From Hyperthermus butylicus DSM 5456 (GTDB taxonomy: Archaea > Thermoproteota > Thermoprotei_A > Sulfolobales > Pyrodictiaceae): a DNA stretch of 32,000 bases. The notes beneath the pieces are model-generated. The model was not told the DNA's origin. It worked only from the letters and a program-made list of their open reading frames with translations, and searched no databases. A program made the position numbers and the translations under genes. Of this stretch, positions 1 through 7,726 are shown in pieces. The DNA is taken from positions 1,380,001 through 1,412,000 of the forward strand of contig NC_008818.1 of NCBI RefSeq assembly GCF_000015145.1, given 5' to 3'. The first letter of the stretch is position 1; each line of letters starts with the position of its first letter.

Positions 1-562
1 ACTCATACATGGCTGCAAGCCTTCCATACCCCTTCTTGAGCGGCAGGAATACAGCCCACGGGGTATGCTTCTCGACCTGGCTCCGGAGATGCTCATCCCC
101 CGCAACCAGTACTACTGGAACACCGTGCTCGCCAGCGTAGAGCGCGTTTAGCAGGTACTCGCTAGCCAACTCGCCGTTGACGTAGATTCTGTGGATAACC
201 CTGGAGCTGTAGGTGTGCTCGAGGAATCCACCTGTGGTGCCAGCGGCGGCGTGGTAGCCTATGAACATTGCAGCGTCGAAGCCCTCCTCCACGCCGAGAA
301 CCATCGAGAATGGTCTAGGGTAGCCTTGCACTAGCCGGACACGCTCATCAACATCAATGTAATCTATGTTCGCCATGAACCCGTGGCTATCAGCTACAAC
401 TACATCATCCACACCGAGCACTGAAAACTCGTCCGCAAGAACATTCACGATCCAGGTCATGATGCGGCGTGCATCCCCGTAGAGAGGGTAGCCGGGCGCG
501 ACCTGGGACAGCGTTGATATGCCAGGTAGGCCTTCAAGGTCTACGGAGACGTAGATCTTCAA
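1..562 (-). CDS. Peptidase family M55 / D-aminopeptidase DppA-like protein, N-terminal ~187 aa (gene runs off the window start)
   Basis: The ORF track omits it because it is truncated. My minus-strand translation from TTG (562-560) reads LKIYVSVDLEGLPGIS...VVVADSHGFMANI...YPRPFSMVLGVEEGFDAAMFIGYHAAAGTTGG...GVPVVLVAGDEHL. This matches the DppA/M55 hallmarks (MK-Y-S-D-EG start, DSH, PFSMV, GYHA, VAGD). Confidence 0.85.
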   Translation of the reverse strand, partial: MKIYVSVDLEGLPGISTLSQVAPGYPLYGDARRIMTWIVNVLADEFSVLGVDDVVVADSHGFMANIDYIDVDERVRLVQGYPRPFSMVLGVEEGFDAAMFIGYHAAAGTTGGFLEHTYSSRVIHRIYVNGELASEYLLNALYAGEHGVPVVLVAGDEHLRSQVEKHTPWAVFLPLKKGYGRLAAMYE

Positions 563-1013
563 GGCTCAGAAGCCCTCCAAGATACAGCCTGATCCAGGGT
601 AGACGGTTAAACATCCAACCCTGCAGTAACAGTGCCATCCCCTAGCAGGCCCGGCCCTTCCCTCCATGGAGGCTTGTAGCTCTGACAATTAGGCCTCTGA
701 ACAATGCCTCGACGATGGTCTATCCGCCAGCCTACAGTTCCGTCCCGCAGAGCCCAAGATGTGACAGAGGGGTAGAGGCTCGGGAGCACAACACGATACC
801 GCGGCCAAGCATCCAGAACAGCCATGCATGCTGGCCCGGCTCACGTGGCTCGCCGGTAGCTGCAGGATGTGTGGCAGTCATCTGGCATATTACGGCCATA
901 GCATTGCCCGGGTTTGCGGCTAGTAGACATGTATACTGCCGGCTAGGTGGCTAGGTATTTGGTCAGCCCTAGCGGTTATAATACTCTGGCTTGCCTGTTC
1001 CCCTAGCTAATGG

Positions 1014-1790
1014 GTGCAAGTGTTGCACCTCACCATCTACATTCACCCATCCTGCCCTGCCAGCCGCAACCTGGTGCTATACCTCCACGAGAAGGGGCTC
1101 CTTAACCGGGTTGAACTCGTCTCGACGGCACGGCCATCTACATCGGGTTTGTTGAGGGAGGCTGTGTGGAGCGTACCGTGGCTTGTGGGAGAGGGGGTGC
1201 CGCTTGCAACGGACCCCATAGAGCCCGGGGAGGCGGAGCTCATCATAAGGGAGTTTAGGACTACGAGGACCAGCAATCCGCTGGATGATTTCGCTGAGGC
1301 TATCCTCCACAGCGCTTACGCGTCCGCAGTAGCATATCTTCACGGTAGCCTTGAGCCGGTACTGGATTGCGACTTTGTCATGGCTGCTACTAGGGCCAAG
1401 CTGCGTGGTCTGGACGTCTCCCAGGTGCTCCTCGAGGCTGGGCACCGTGCTGCAGACCTCTACGCCGACCTGGAGGACAAGATAATGAGGGCCCTCGGGA
1501 TATCCTATGTACGCGAGCTCTACTGGGCCAGCGGCGGGAGCCTAAGCCGGGAGGAGCTTGTAGAGCTAGCAACACCCATACATGTCGGTGCGTGGCTGAT
1601 AGCCAAGGCCAGCCTTGGCCGGAGCGGGCTCCCCTCGAAGCCGGTGCCGGATAAGGCCAGGCTTGAGAGGCTCGCAAGCTTCGTTAGGAGGGGTGCAGCT
1701 GGCCTGCTTAGGAGGATTGAGAGAGAGTACCAGGAGGTTATGGAAGATGAAAACTACTGGAGGATACTTGAGGAGCACGGGCTAGCCTAG
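1014..1790 (+). CDS. Hypothetical protein; the N-terminus resembles a thioredoxin/glutaredoxin fold with a single-Cys CPAS motif
   Basis: 258-aa ORF with a GTG start. The N-terminal LTIYIHPSCPASRNLVLYLHEKGLLNRVELV has the beta-alpha-beta look of glutaredoxin-like proteins; the rest is helical with no motif I recognise. Its stop shares a palindromic CTAG (1787-1790) with the convergent hemB. Confidence 0.5.
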   Translation: MQVLHLTIYIHPSCPASRNLVLYLHEKGLLNRVELVSTARPSTSGLLREAVWSVPWLVGEGVPLATDPIEPGEAELIIREFRTTRTSNPLDDFAEAILHSAYASAVAYLHGSLEPVLDCDFVMAATRAKLRGLDVSQVLLEAGHRAADLYADLEDKIMRALGISYVRELYWASGGSLSREELVELATPIHVGAWLIAKASLGRSGLPSKPVPDKARLERLASFVRRGAAGLLRRIEREYQEVMEDENYWRILEEHGLA

Positions 1791-2803
1791 AACGGGCTGT
1801 AGCCCTCCCGGAGCCACCGAGCCACGTCAAGCGCATGATAAGTTATCACTATGTCTGCACCCGCCCTCCTTATAGCAGTTATTATCTCCATTGTTACGAG
1901 CTTCTCATCTATCCAGCCCTTCTCAGCAGCAGCCTTGACCATGGAGTATTCTGCGCTCACGTTGTAGGCTGCTAGGGGGTACTGGGGAAACGCCTCCTTA
2001 ACCAGTCTTATAACGTCAAGGTATGCCAGGGCCGGCTTCACCATGAGGATATCCGCTCCCTCCTCGATATCCAGCATCGCCTCCTTAATCGCCTCCATCG
2101 CATTCCTCGGGTCCATCTGGTAGCTTCTCCGGTCGCCAAACCGTGGTGCTGATCCAGCAGCCTCTCTGAATGGGCCGTAGAAGCCGCTGGCATACTTTAC
2201 AGCATAGCTCATAATCCCGACCTCGGTGTAGCCAGCGTCGTCTAGCGCCTCCCTTATCGCTGACACCATACCATCCATCATTCCTGAGGGAGCTACGAAG
2301 TCTGCTCCAGCCTCAGCGTGGGTGACAGCTATGCGGGCGATGACCTCTAGGGTTGAGTCGTTGTCTATGAGCTGTCTCCCGTGCCTTTCAACGGGTATGC
2401 CGCAATGCCCATGGGTGGTGTAGCCGCATATGCAGACGTCGGTGAAGATGGCTGGCTCCCAGCCGAGCTCGCGGCGTATCAGCCTTATCGCAGTGGGCAC
2501 GGGGCCCCGTGGGTCGTAGGCGTAGGTGCCGCGGAGGTCCTTCTTCTCGTCCGGGACAACGCCGAACAATAGGAATGACTTGATGCCGAGGTCTAGTGCC
2601 TCGCGTATAACGTCCACGACCCTCTCCGGGGGATAGCGGTACTGGCCCGGCATGCTGGGGATGGGCTCGGGCTCCTTTATCCCCTCCTTAACGAATATCG
2701 GCATCATGAGCTGGCTGGGCGAAACCAGGGTCTCGGCGACAAGGTCGCGGATCGCCTTGGTGAGCCTTAGCCTCCGAGGCCGGAGCTCAGGGAACCCGGG
2801 CAC
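1787..2803 (-). CDS. hemB: Porphobilinogen synthase (delta-aminolevulinic acid dehydratase)
   Basis: 338-aa ORF. The N-terminus FPELRPRRLRLTKAIRDLVAET, then SMPGQYRY, GIKSFLLFGV, a TDVCICGYTTHGHCG-type metal site, APSGMMDG, YASGFYGPFREAA, DRRSYQMDP and ADILMVKPAL are all classic ALAD/HemB blocks. Confidence 0.95.
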   Translation of the reverse strand: MPGFPELRPRRLRLTKAIRDLVAETLVSPSQLMMPIFVKEGIKEPEPIPSMPGQYRYPPERVVDVIREALDLGIKSFLLFGVVPDEKKDLRGTYAYDPRGPVPTAIRLIRRELGWEPAIFTDVCICGYTTHGHCGIPVERHGRQLIDNDSTLEVIARIAVTHAEAGADFVAPSGMMDGMVSAIREALDDAGYTEVGIMSYAVKYASGFYGPFREAAGSAPRFGDRRSYQMDPRNAMEAIKEAMLDIEEGADILMVKPALAYLDVIRLVKEAFPQYPLAAYNVSAEYSMVKAAAEKGWIDEKLVTMEIITAIRRAGADIVITYHALDVARWLREGYSPF

Positions 2804-2916
2804 CCAGCATCCACCACTGTTAGCATAGGCCTAGCAGGCGATTAGGAACTTTACCCCGAGCCTTCCAGCAGCCCCGCCTAGCAAGAGACGCAGCGCGGGG
2901 AAGGGGCTGCAAGGCT

Positions 2917-3546
2917 TTGCGCAGGATACTCCTAGCCTACCATCGGCCAGGCAAGCCCCGGGAGGAGGAGAGGGTCGAACAGCTAGCCCAGACGGTAGCG
3001 ATGTTGGCGCGCGGCAGGCTAGCTGTGGACACAATGGTTGTCGATGAGGTTGACGAAGCTGCAGGTGAGAGATACGACGCGATATACCTCCTAATGTTCA
3101 CCAGGGGTGGCCACTGGCTCTCCGTGATAGAGGCTACTGGTAGAACGCCAAAACTGATACCCCTACACCTAACAGCCGCGATACTAGCCTCGAGAGCGGC
3201 TGAAGCAGGGGCCAGGAGGCTCCTGCTCTTAGGCCTCAGGGCCCGCAGGCTCGAGCACCTACAGCTAGAGGACCTGGGGAGGCTGAGCCTCCTACTGGCA
3301 ACCTGGAAGCTGGGGATGAGCTACCAGCTCCTAGAAGCCATTGACTCCCAGCCCAGGATGCAGGAGAAATGGTGCCGCAGCGACACTCTAGTAGCGCCAC
3401 TAGCTCTCCTCGACGGCAAGCTAGCGGACCATGCCAGAGCCCTAGCAAAAGCATGCGGTGCAGCCCACGCAGGCCCACTGCTACACCACTCAGCTCCCAC
3501 GATAGCAGCCTGGATAGCCGAAGACGCGGCCTACCCCAGGGTGTAG
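2917..3546 (+). CDS. Hypothetical protein, tentatively a degenerate CbiX/SirB-like class II chelatase
   Basis: 209-aa ORF with a TTG start, divergent from hemB. It has two pseudo-repeated halves: RILLAYHRPG...YLLMFTRGGHWLSVIE and RLLLLGLRAR...LVAPLALLDGKLADHA. These loosely resemble the CbiX pattern (LLLVGHGSR ... vvPlfL..G.H). The functional call is weak and rests on motif resemblance only. Confidence 0.35.
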   Translation: MRRILLAYHRPGKPREEERVEQLAQTVAMLARGRLAVDTMVVDEVDEAAGERYDAIYLLMFTRGGHWLSVIEATGRTPKLIPLHLTAAILASRAAEAGARRLLLLGLRARRLEHLQLEDLGRLSLLLATWKLGMSYQLLEAIDSQPRMQEKWCRSDTLVAPLALLDGKLADHARALAKACGAAHAGPLLHHSAPTIAAWIAEDAAYPRV

Positions 3547-3597
3547 AGGGAATGAACAAGATAACCCCTCCACAAGCACAGTAGACATGCAGGAGCC

Positions 3598-3952
3598 CCG
3601 GGGGCCCCGAAGGGGCTCCGCGCGGGTAGGGCCGGGGGGCTCGCCCTCCCCCCACGCCCGAAACGGGCGCAATGCGGGGGCCAGTAACCCGGCTTGGGGC
3701 TGTAGGCCCCCGCGGCAGACCCAGCCGACCAATGACCCCCGTCCCGCGGGGCCGGCGGCGGCGGAGCCCCCTCCGGAGGGAGGGCGGCTACCGCCCTTGC
3801 CGGGGGAACCAGGCCAGGCCCGGAAGGGAGCAACCTAACCCCGGACGCCCGGCGTTCGCGGGGGCGCGGGGTGAGGCAACGGCTGGGCCCGCTGCCGCCG
3901 AGGGTCTACAGCCGCAAGCCGGGGGCCGCGCGGGCCCCGGGAGAGCCCCGTG
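3598..3952 (+). ncRNA. ffs: Signal recognition particle RNA (archaeal 7S / SRP RNA); ends approximate
   Basis: A very GC-rich, ORF-incoherent stretch. It contains the universally conserved SRP domain IV (helix 8) motif CCAGGCCCGGAAGGGAGCAAC at 3814-3834 (compare E. coli 4.5S CAGGUCCGGAAGGAAGCAGC). A helix-6-like hairpin CCCCCTCC-GGAG-GGAGGG lies just upstream. The 5' GGGGCTCCGCGCGG (~3611-3625) is complementary to the 3' CCGCGCG...GAGCCCC (~3926-3949), closing the molecule at an archaeal-typical length of about 300-350 nt. Confidence 0.85.
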
Positions 3953-4504
3953 CCTCCTCCTTCCGGTGCTAGCGCTTATCCCCAGGCCGGCCGGCACACT
4001 ATTCTACACGGGCCGGGTATCGCCCGGGCAAGCGTGCCGCGTAACGGCGCGGGGATGAGCCCGGGTATCCGTTCCAGGCCCCAGACGGGGGCACAAGCTC
4101 CTCCTCAACTTGCCGGCCTACTTCTATGGCGGTGACGCAGTTGTTGCCAGCTGGATTTTGCGGGCAGAGCTGCTTTGGCCATAACCGCCCACTGGTGGTG
4201 TCTAAGCCCGCGTCTACAGGGGCATAGCTGCTAGGAGGATCAGAGTATGCCCGGGTGCTGTGTCCAATATACATGTGTGTCCAAGGAAGCTAGAGGAGGA
4301 AATGGAAAAAAGCTCAGCGGCTTATTTTTAACTGAGAGGAGAGATATGAAGCTTCTAGAGGAGAGGGTGAAGCGGCATCGCAGGCTTGCAGGCCTAGGCC
4401 AGCAAGGTGCTTGAGCAGTGTTCAGTCATTCCGAGGGGCACGGCGGTAGGGTGCAACGTAGAGCCGTGATCGACTTGTCGCGAAGGAATGCTGTCCTGGA
4501 GGTG

Positions 4505-4702
4505 TTAGACCTCCTGTATCTCTATATTCTCGGGTAGGTACTGCGCTATGAATCTCCATACGCGCTCGTTGAAGCGCTCCTTGGGGACTAGCACTGTTAT
4601 GCCACGACCGCGGAGTATGATCCTTATGAACTGGTTGGCCACCCCACCACCGGTTACATAGCTTCGCTTTTGTATATCTCTATATAAGTTTGCATACTTC
4701 AT
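4505..4702 (-). CDS. Small basic hypothetical protein (65 aa)
   Basis: ATG-started ORF in an otherwise non-coding AT-rich spacer, divergent from the cytochrome locus. No motif recognised. Its stop codon lies within or just beside a short hairpin (GGAGGT-GTTA-GACCTCC). Confidence 0.35.
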   Translation of the reverse strand: MKYANLYRDIQKRSYVTGGGVANQFIRIILRGRGITVLVPKERFNERVWRFIAQYLPENIEIQEV

Positions 4703-5075
4703 ACACCTCTACATAATAAGCAGCGATAATTAACGGTTTGCTCTGGGAGTATGGCCTGCATGTACCTAGCCTGGCCCGAGACAAGAGGAACTAGTCTTAG
4801 GCTGTCCCTCCCTGAGGGCTGGTAGAGTGTCTTCTCCTGCTCGACAGTAATGCTGCAGGTTCAGCTACGCTAGTGTCTCCTAAGGCAGGCTTCTTGCGGC
4901 ACCGGAGTCCTGCACGGTTGCTAGCCATGGTGTAACGGGACGCAGTGGTGTTTGTAACAGTAGTTAATTAACATATCATGGTGTGCCGAAAAATTAGGGT
5001 TGTAGACATAACTAGATGCACGTAATTGTCGAACTATCACGGCCTAGACAAGGGTGTGTGGAGGTACGTCGGGGC

Positions 5076-7583
5076 ATGAAGCGTCTTCTATTAGCTAGCA
5101 TTATAGTTGTGACTCTCCTTCTATCGAGTGCTGCACCAGCCTTCGCGGCTCAGTTTGGCGATGAGCTGGTAGCTAAGGTTCAGGAGCTAATGCAGAGTGA
5201 CAAGGTGAGCCCACAGACAAAGCTGTGTATAAGCTGCCACATACAATACACGCCAGGCATTGTATACGAGTGGGCCAACAGCAAGCATGCAATGTACACG
5301 CCAGCCGAGCTAGCAGAACTCTACAAGGCCATTGGTGCCCCGGAGTGGGCTGACAAGATAGCCGACAAGTTCAAGGACTATCCGTACGTCGTGGGCTGCT
5401 ACGAGTGTCACGGTATGTTCAAGGAGGCCGATAGGCCCGACGTGATCGAGAACCACAACGGCTACAAGATAGTGACCATTGTCACCAGGAAGGACTGCAG
5501 CCAGTGCCACCCCAAGGAGAGCGCAGAGCTGAGCTGGACCTGGCACGCGACCGGTGCTGCTATGTCGCCGTTTAAGCCCTGGTACCAAGGTATTCTGGAG
5601 TGGGCCAAGAGCCAGGGTGCAAACCCGTTCGGCGACGAGCAGGCCAAGCAGCTTTACGAGAAGTACCTCCCACCATACCTGACCAAGCAGCGCGGTGTAG
5701 ATGACGTCAACTGGGACTTCTACAAGGAGATCGCAAAAGCTGTAATGGACTACTTTGAGACCGGCCAGGAGAACGACATAATAAAGATACTCAAGGAAGC
5801 AACCGGTATGATAACACCATATGACATGGACTTCAAGAACTGGATAAGCCCGCTATGGCCGGCCAGCGGCGTGCTCAACACAACAATACTAAAGAAGCTG
5901 AATATCGAGGTAACCGTAACAGCTATGGGTGAACAGACAGCAACAATAAACAACATCATGGAGCACCCAATGTTTAGGAACGGCTACTTGTACCACGCAT
6001 GTTTCGAGTGTCACGGCAGCATAGTTGTTCCATACAAGAAGGAGACCGTTAACATCAACGGCGTACAGGTTAGCAGGGTAGCCCTATGGGGCTGGCCAAA
6101 CAACGGCGCGGCCCGTATAGACCCCGACGGTAGCCTCGGTACATGTACAGCTTGCCACCCGAGACACTTGTTTAGTGTGAAGCAGGCACGCGAGCCATGG
6201 ACCTGTGGCCAGTGCCACCTAGGCTATGACCACCCACACATTGAGATCTATGAGGAGAGCAAGCACGGCAACATCTGGGACGCCTATGGCCATGAGTGGA
6301 ACTGGGAGCAGATACCATGGCGTGTAGGCGTCGACTTCAACGCGCCAACCTGTGCCACATGCCACATGAGCACCCTGGCAGACGCTAATGGCAACATACT
6401 AGTGCCGGGCACTCACGACCTAGCAAGGAGGCTGGTATGGGATCAGATGCACTTCTTCAGCCACCCGAAGCCAGTGATACCAGACAAGCTCCAGGTAAGC
6501 TTGTTCCTTGGCGGCTTTAGCGTGCTAAAGGGCAAGATGGAGGACGTCTACGCAGCAGCCGAGAAGATACCAGAAAGCTCGCCATACAAGTACCCTGTCT
6601 TCATGGGCCTAAAGATCGTCGACGAGGTGAAGCCAGGCGAGCCAGGATTCCCAAGGCTGCTAAAGATAGAGTACACTGGCGAGCTAAAGGAGCACCGCGA
6701 GGAGATGAAGGCTGTATGCAAGCTATGCCATAGCAGCCAGTGGGTGGACAACTTCTTCCGCACAGCTGACCAGAACATCATTGACTATGACGTAGTTGCT
6801 AGGTTTGCATTTAGCCTGCTACAGCTAGCCTGGAATGAGGGCATACACGATAACACGAACCCGCTCGACGAGTACATGGAGATAATGTGGTACTACATCT
6901 GGCACCATGAGGGCCGCCGCTGGAGGAACGGCGTCTTCATGATGGGTCCAGACTTCGCCCACTGGTTTGGCATCGTTGACACTGTCCTGGACAAGCTAGG
7001 CAGGATGACTAACTACCTCTACATAGCGATGAAGGTGAGGCTGCTAGAGACCGAGCTGCAGGCGCTAAAGCAGGCTGCTGCTGGCGCACCATACACGCCA
7101 GAGCTAGCGGCACAGATAGCAGAGCTACAGAAGGAGCTGGAGACCCTCAAGCAGCAGCTAGCAGCTCTAGAGGCGCAGGTGCCAGCGCTAAAGAGCCAGA
7201 TACAGAGCCTAGAGGCTGGCTACAGCAGCGTTGAGGGCGAGCTAGGCACGCTGAAGACTGATGTCAGCACGCTGCTACAGCAGCTAGACGAGCTGAGCAA
7301 GCAGCTGGAGGCTCTAAGCCCACAGGCCAAGGATATACAAGCGCTAGTCTCTAAGATAAAGGAGATAGCTGTGCAGCTAGAGCAGCTGGGCCAGAAGACC
7401 GAGGCAGCGAGCAGCAAGGCTAGCCAGGCGCTAGCAACTGCTGAGGAGATTGGCAGCAAGATCGACGAGCTAAGCAGCAAGATAGACAGTGTATCCGCAA
7501 CGGCCTACACCCTGGGCGCTATAGCGCTAGCAGCTGCTGTAATAGCTCTAGGCTTATCGATACTCTACAGCCGCCGCAGCTAG
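5076..7583 (+). CDS. Octahaem c-type cytochrome of the hydroxylamine oxidoreductase (HAO) family, with a signal peptide, a C-terminal coiled-coil stalk and a TM anchor
   Basis: There are eight CxxCH motifs: CISCH, CYECH, CSQCH, CFECH, CTACH, CGQCH, CATCH and CKLCH. Their contexts are HAO-family-typical: EWANSKHA after haem 1, GTCTACHPRHLFS, CGQCHLGYDHPHIEIYEESKHG, APTCATCHM. I place the start at ATG 5076 (MKRLLLASIIVVTLLLSSAAPAFA|AQ, preceded by GGAGGT) rather than the track's 5016. The C-terminus is ~150 aa of heptad-like sequence, one TM helix, then RRS. Confidence 0.85.
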   Translation: MKRLLLASIIVVTLLLSSAAPAFAAQFGDELVAKVQELMQSDKVSPQTKLCISCHIQYTPGIVYEWANSKHAMYTPAELAELYKAIGAPEWADKIADKFKDYPYVVGCYECHGMFKEADRPDVIENHNGYKIVTIVTRKDCSQCHPKESAELSWTWHATGAAMSPFKPWYQGILEWAKSQGANPFGDEQAKQLYEKYLPPYLTKQRGVDDVNWDFYKEIAKAVMDYFETGQENDIIKILKEATGMITPYDMDFKNWISPLWPASGVLNTTILKKLNIEVTVTAMGEQTATINNIMEHPMFRNGYLYHACFECHGSIVVPYKKETVNINGVQVSRVALWGWPNNGAARIDPDGSLGTCTACHPRHLFSVKQAREPWTCGQCHLGYDHPHIEIYEESKHGNIWDAYGHEWNWEQIPWRVGVDFNAPTCATCHMSTLADANGNILVPGTHDLARRLVWDQMHFFSHPKPVIPDKLQVSLFLGGFSVLKGKMEDVYAAAEKIPESSPYKYPVFMGLKIVDEVKPGEPGFPRLLKIEYTGELKEHREEMKAVCKLCHSSQWVDNFFRTADQNIIDYDVVARFAFSLLQLAWNEGIHDNTNPLDEYMEIMWYYIWHHEGRRWRNGVFMMGPDFAHWFGIVDTVLDKLGRMTNYLYIAMKVRLLETELQALKQAAAGAPYTPELAAQIAELQKELETLKQQLAALEAQVPALKSQIQSLEAGYSSVEGELGTLKTDVSTLLQQLDELSKQLEALSPQAKDIQALVSKIKEIAVQLEQLGQKTEAASSKASQALATAEEIGSKIDELSSKIDSVSATAYTLGAIALAAAVIALGLSILYSRRS

Positions 7584-7625
7584 CCGGAAAAGCTAGCTCC
7601 CCCGAGGAGCTGTTTAGACCGATTA

Positions 7626-7630
7626 TTTTT
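7626..7630 (+). terminator. Oligo-T tract, candidate archaeal transcription terminator after the octahaem cytochrome gene
   Basis: GATTATTTTTACC lies ~40 nt after the stop at 7583. Archaeal RNA polymerase terminates at oligo-dT tracts. Confidence 0.35.
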
Positions 7631-7726
7631 ACCTCCATAACGCGTTACGCTCACCTCCTCTTCCCTCCCCCTAAGCGTATTAGGTGTGGATCCGTCTGCT
7701 TGTTACGGCTTGTGAGGGACTAGTAG

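Noticed and set aside
563-1013. A 450-nt GC-rich spacer with two overlapping ORFs (607-825 minus strand, 715-954 plus strand). I checked it for a tRNA, box C/D elements and RNase P RNA.
   Set aside because: There is no cloverleaf with a GTTC(R)A T-loop, no C/D boxes and no GGAAAGUCC-type RNase P CR-I motif. The ORF products have no recognisable features. It is left unannotated and may hold divergent promoters or an unrecognised RNA.
3236-4274. About ten overlapping ORFs (60-139 aa) on both strands across the SRP RNA and its GC-rich flank.
   Set aside because: Their translations are Pro/Arg/Gly/Ala-rich low-complexity strings. They overlap each other in several frames, as expected from stop-codon depletion in ~70% GC DNA. 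The conserved SRP helix-8 motif explains the region better.
4724-4972. Two TTAATTAA-containing AT-rich elements (about 4726-4735 and the palindrome GTTAATTAAC at about 4962-4971) as divergent promoter or operator sites for the cytochrome locus.
   Set aside because: They are plausible TATA-like boxes, but the downstream one is ~110 nt from ATG 5076. I cannot distinguish promoter from chance AT-rich sequence without TSS data, so neither is listed as a feature.
5310-7480. Antisense and alternate-frame ORFs inside the octahaem cytochrome gene (5310-5588, 5462-5647, 5750-5959, 6548-6781, 7220-7480).
   Set aside because: They are fully nested in a strongly supported CDS. The 7220-7480 ORF is simply the Ser/Leu/Cys-rich antisense reading of the repetitive coiled-coil codons.
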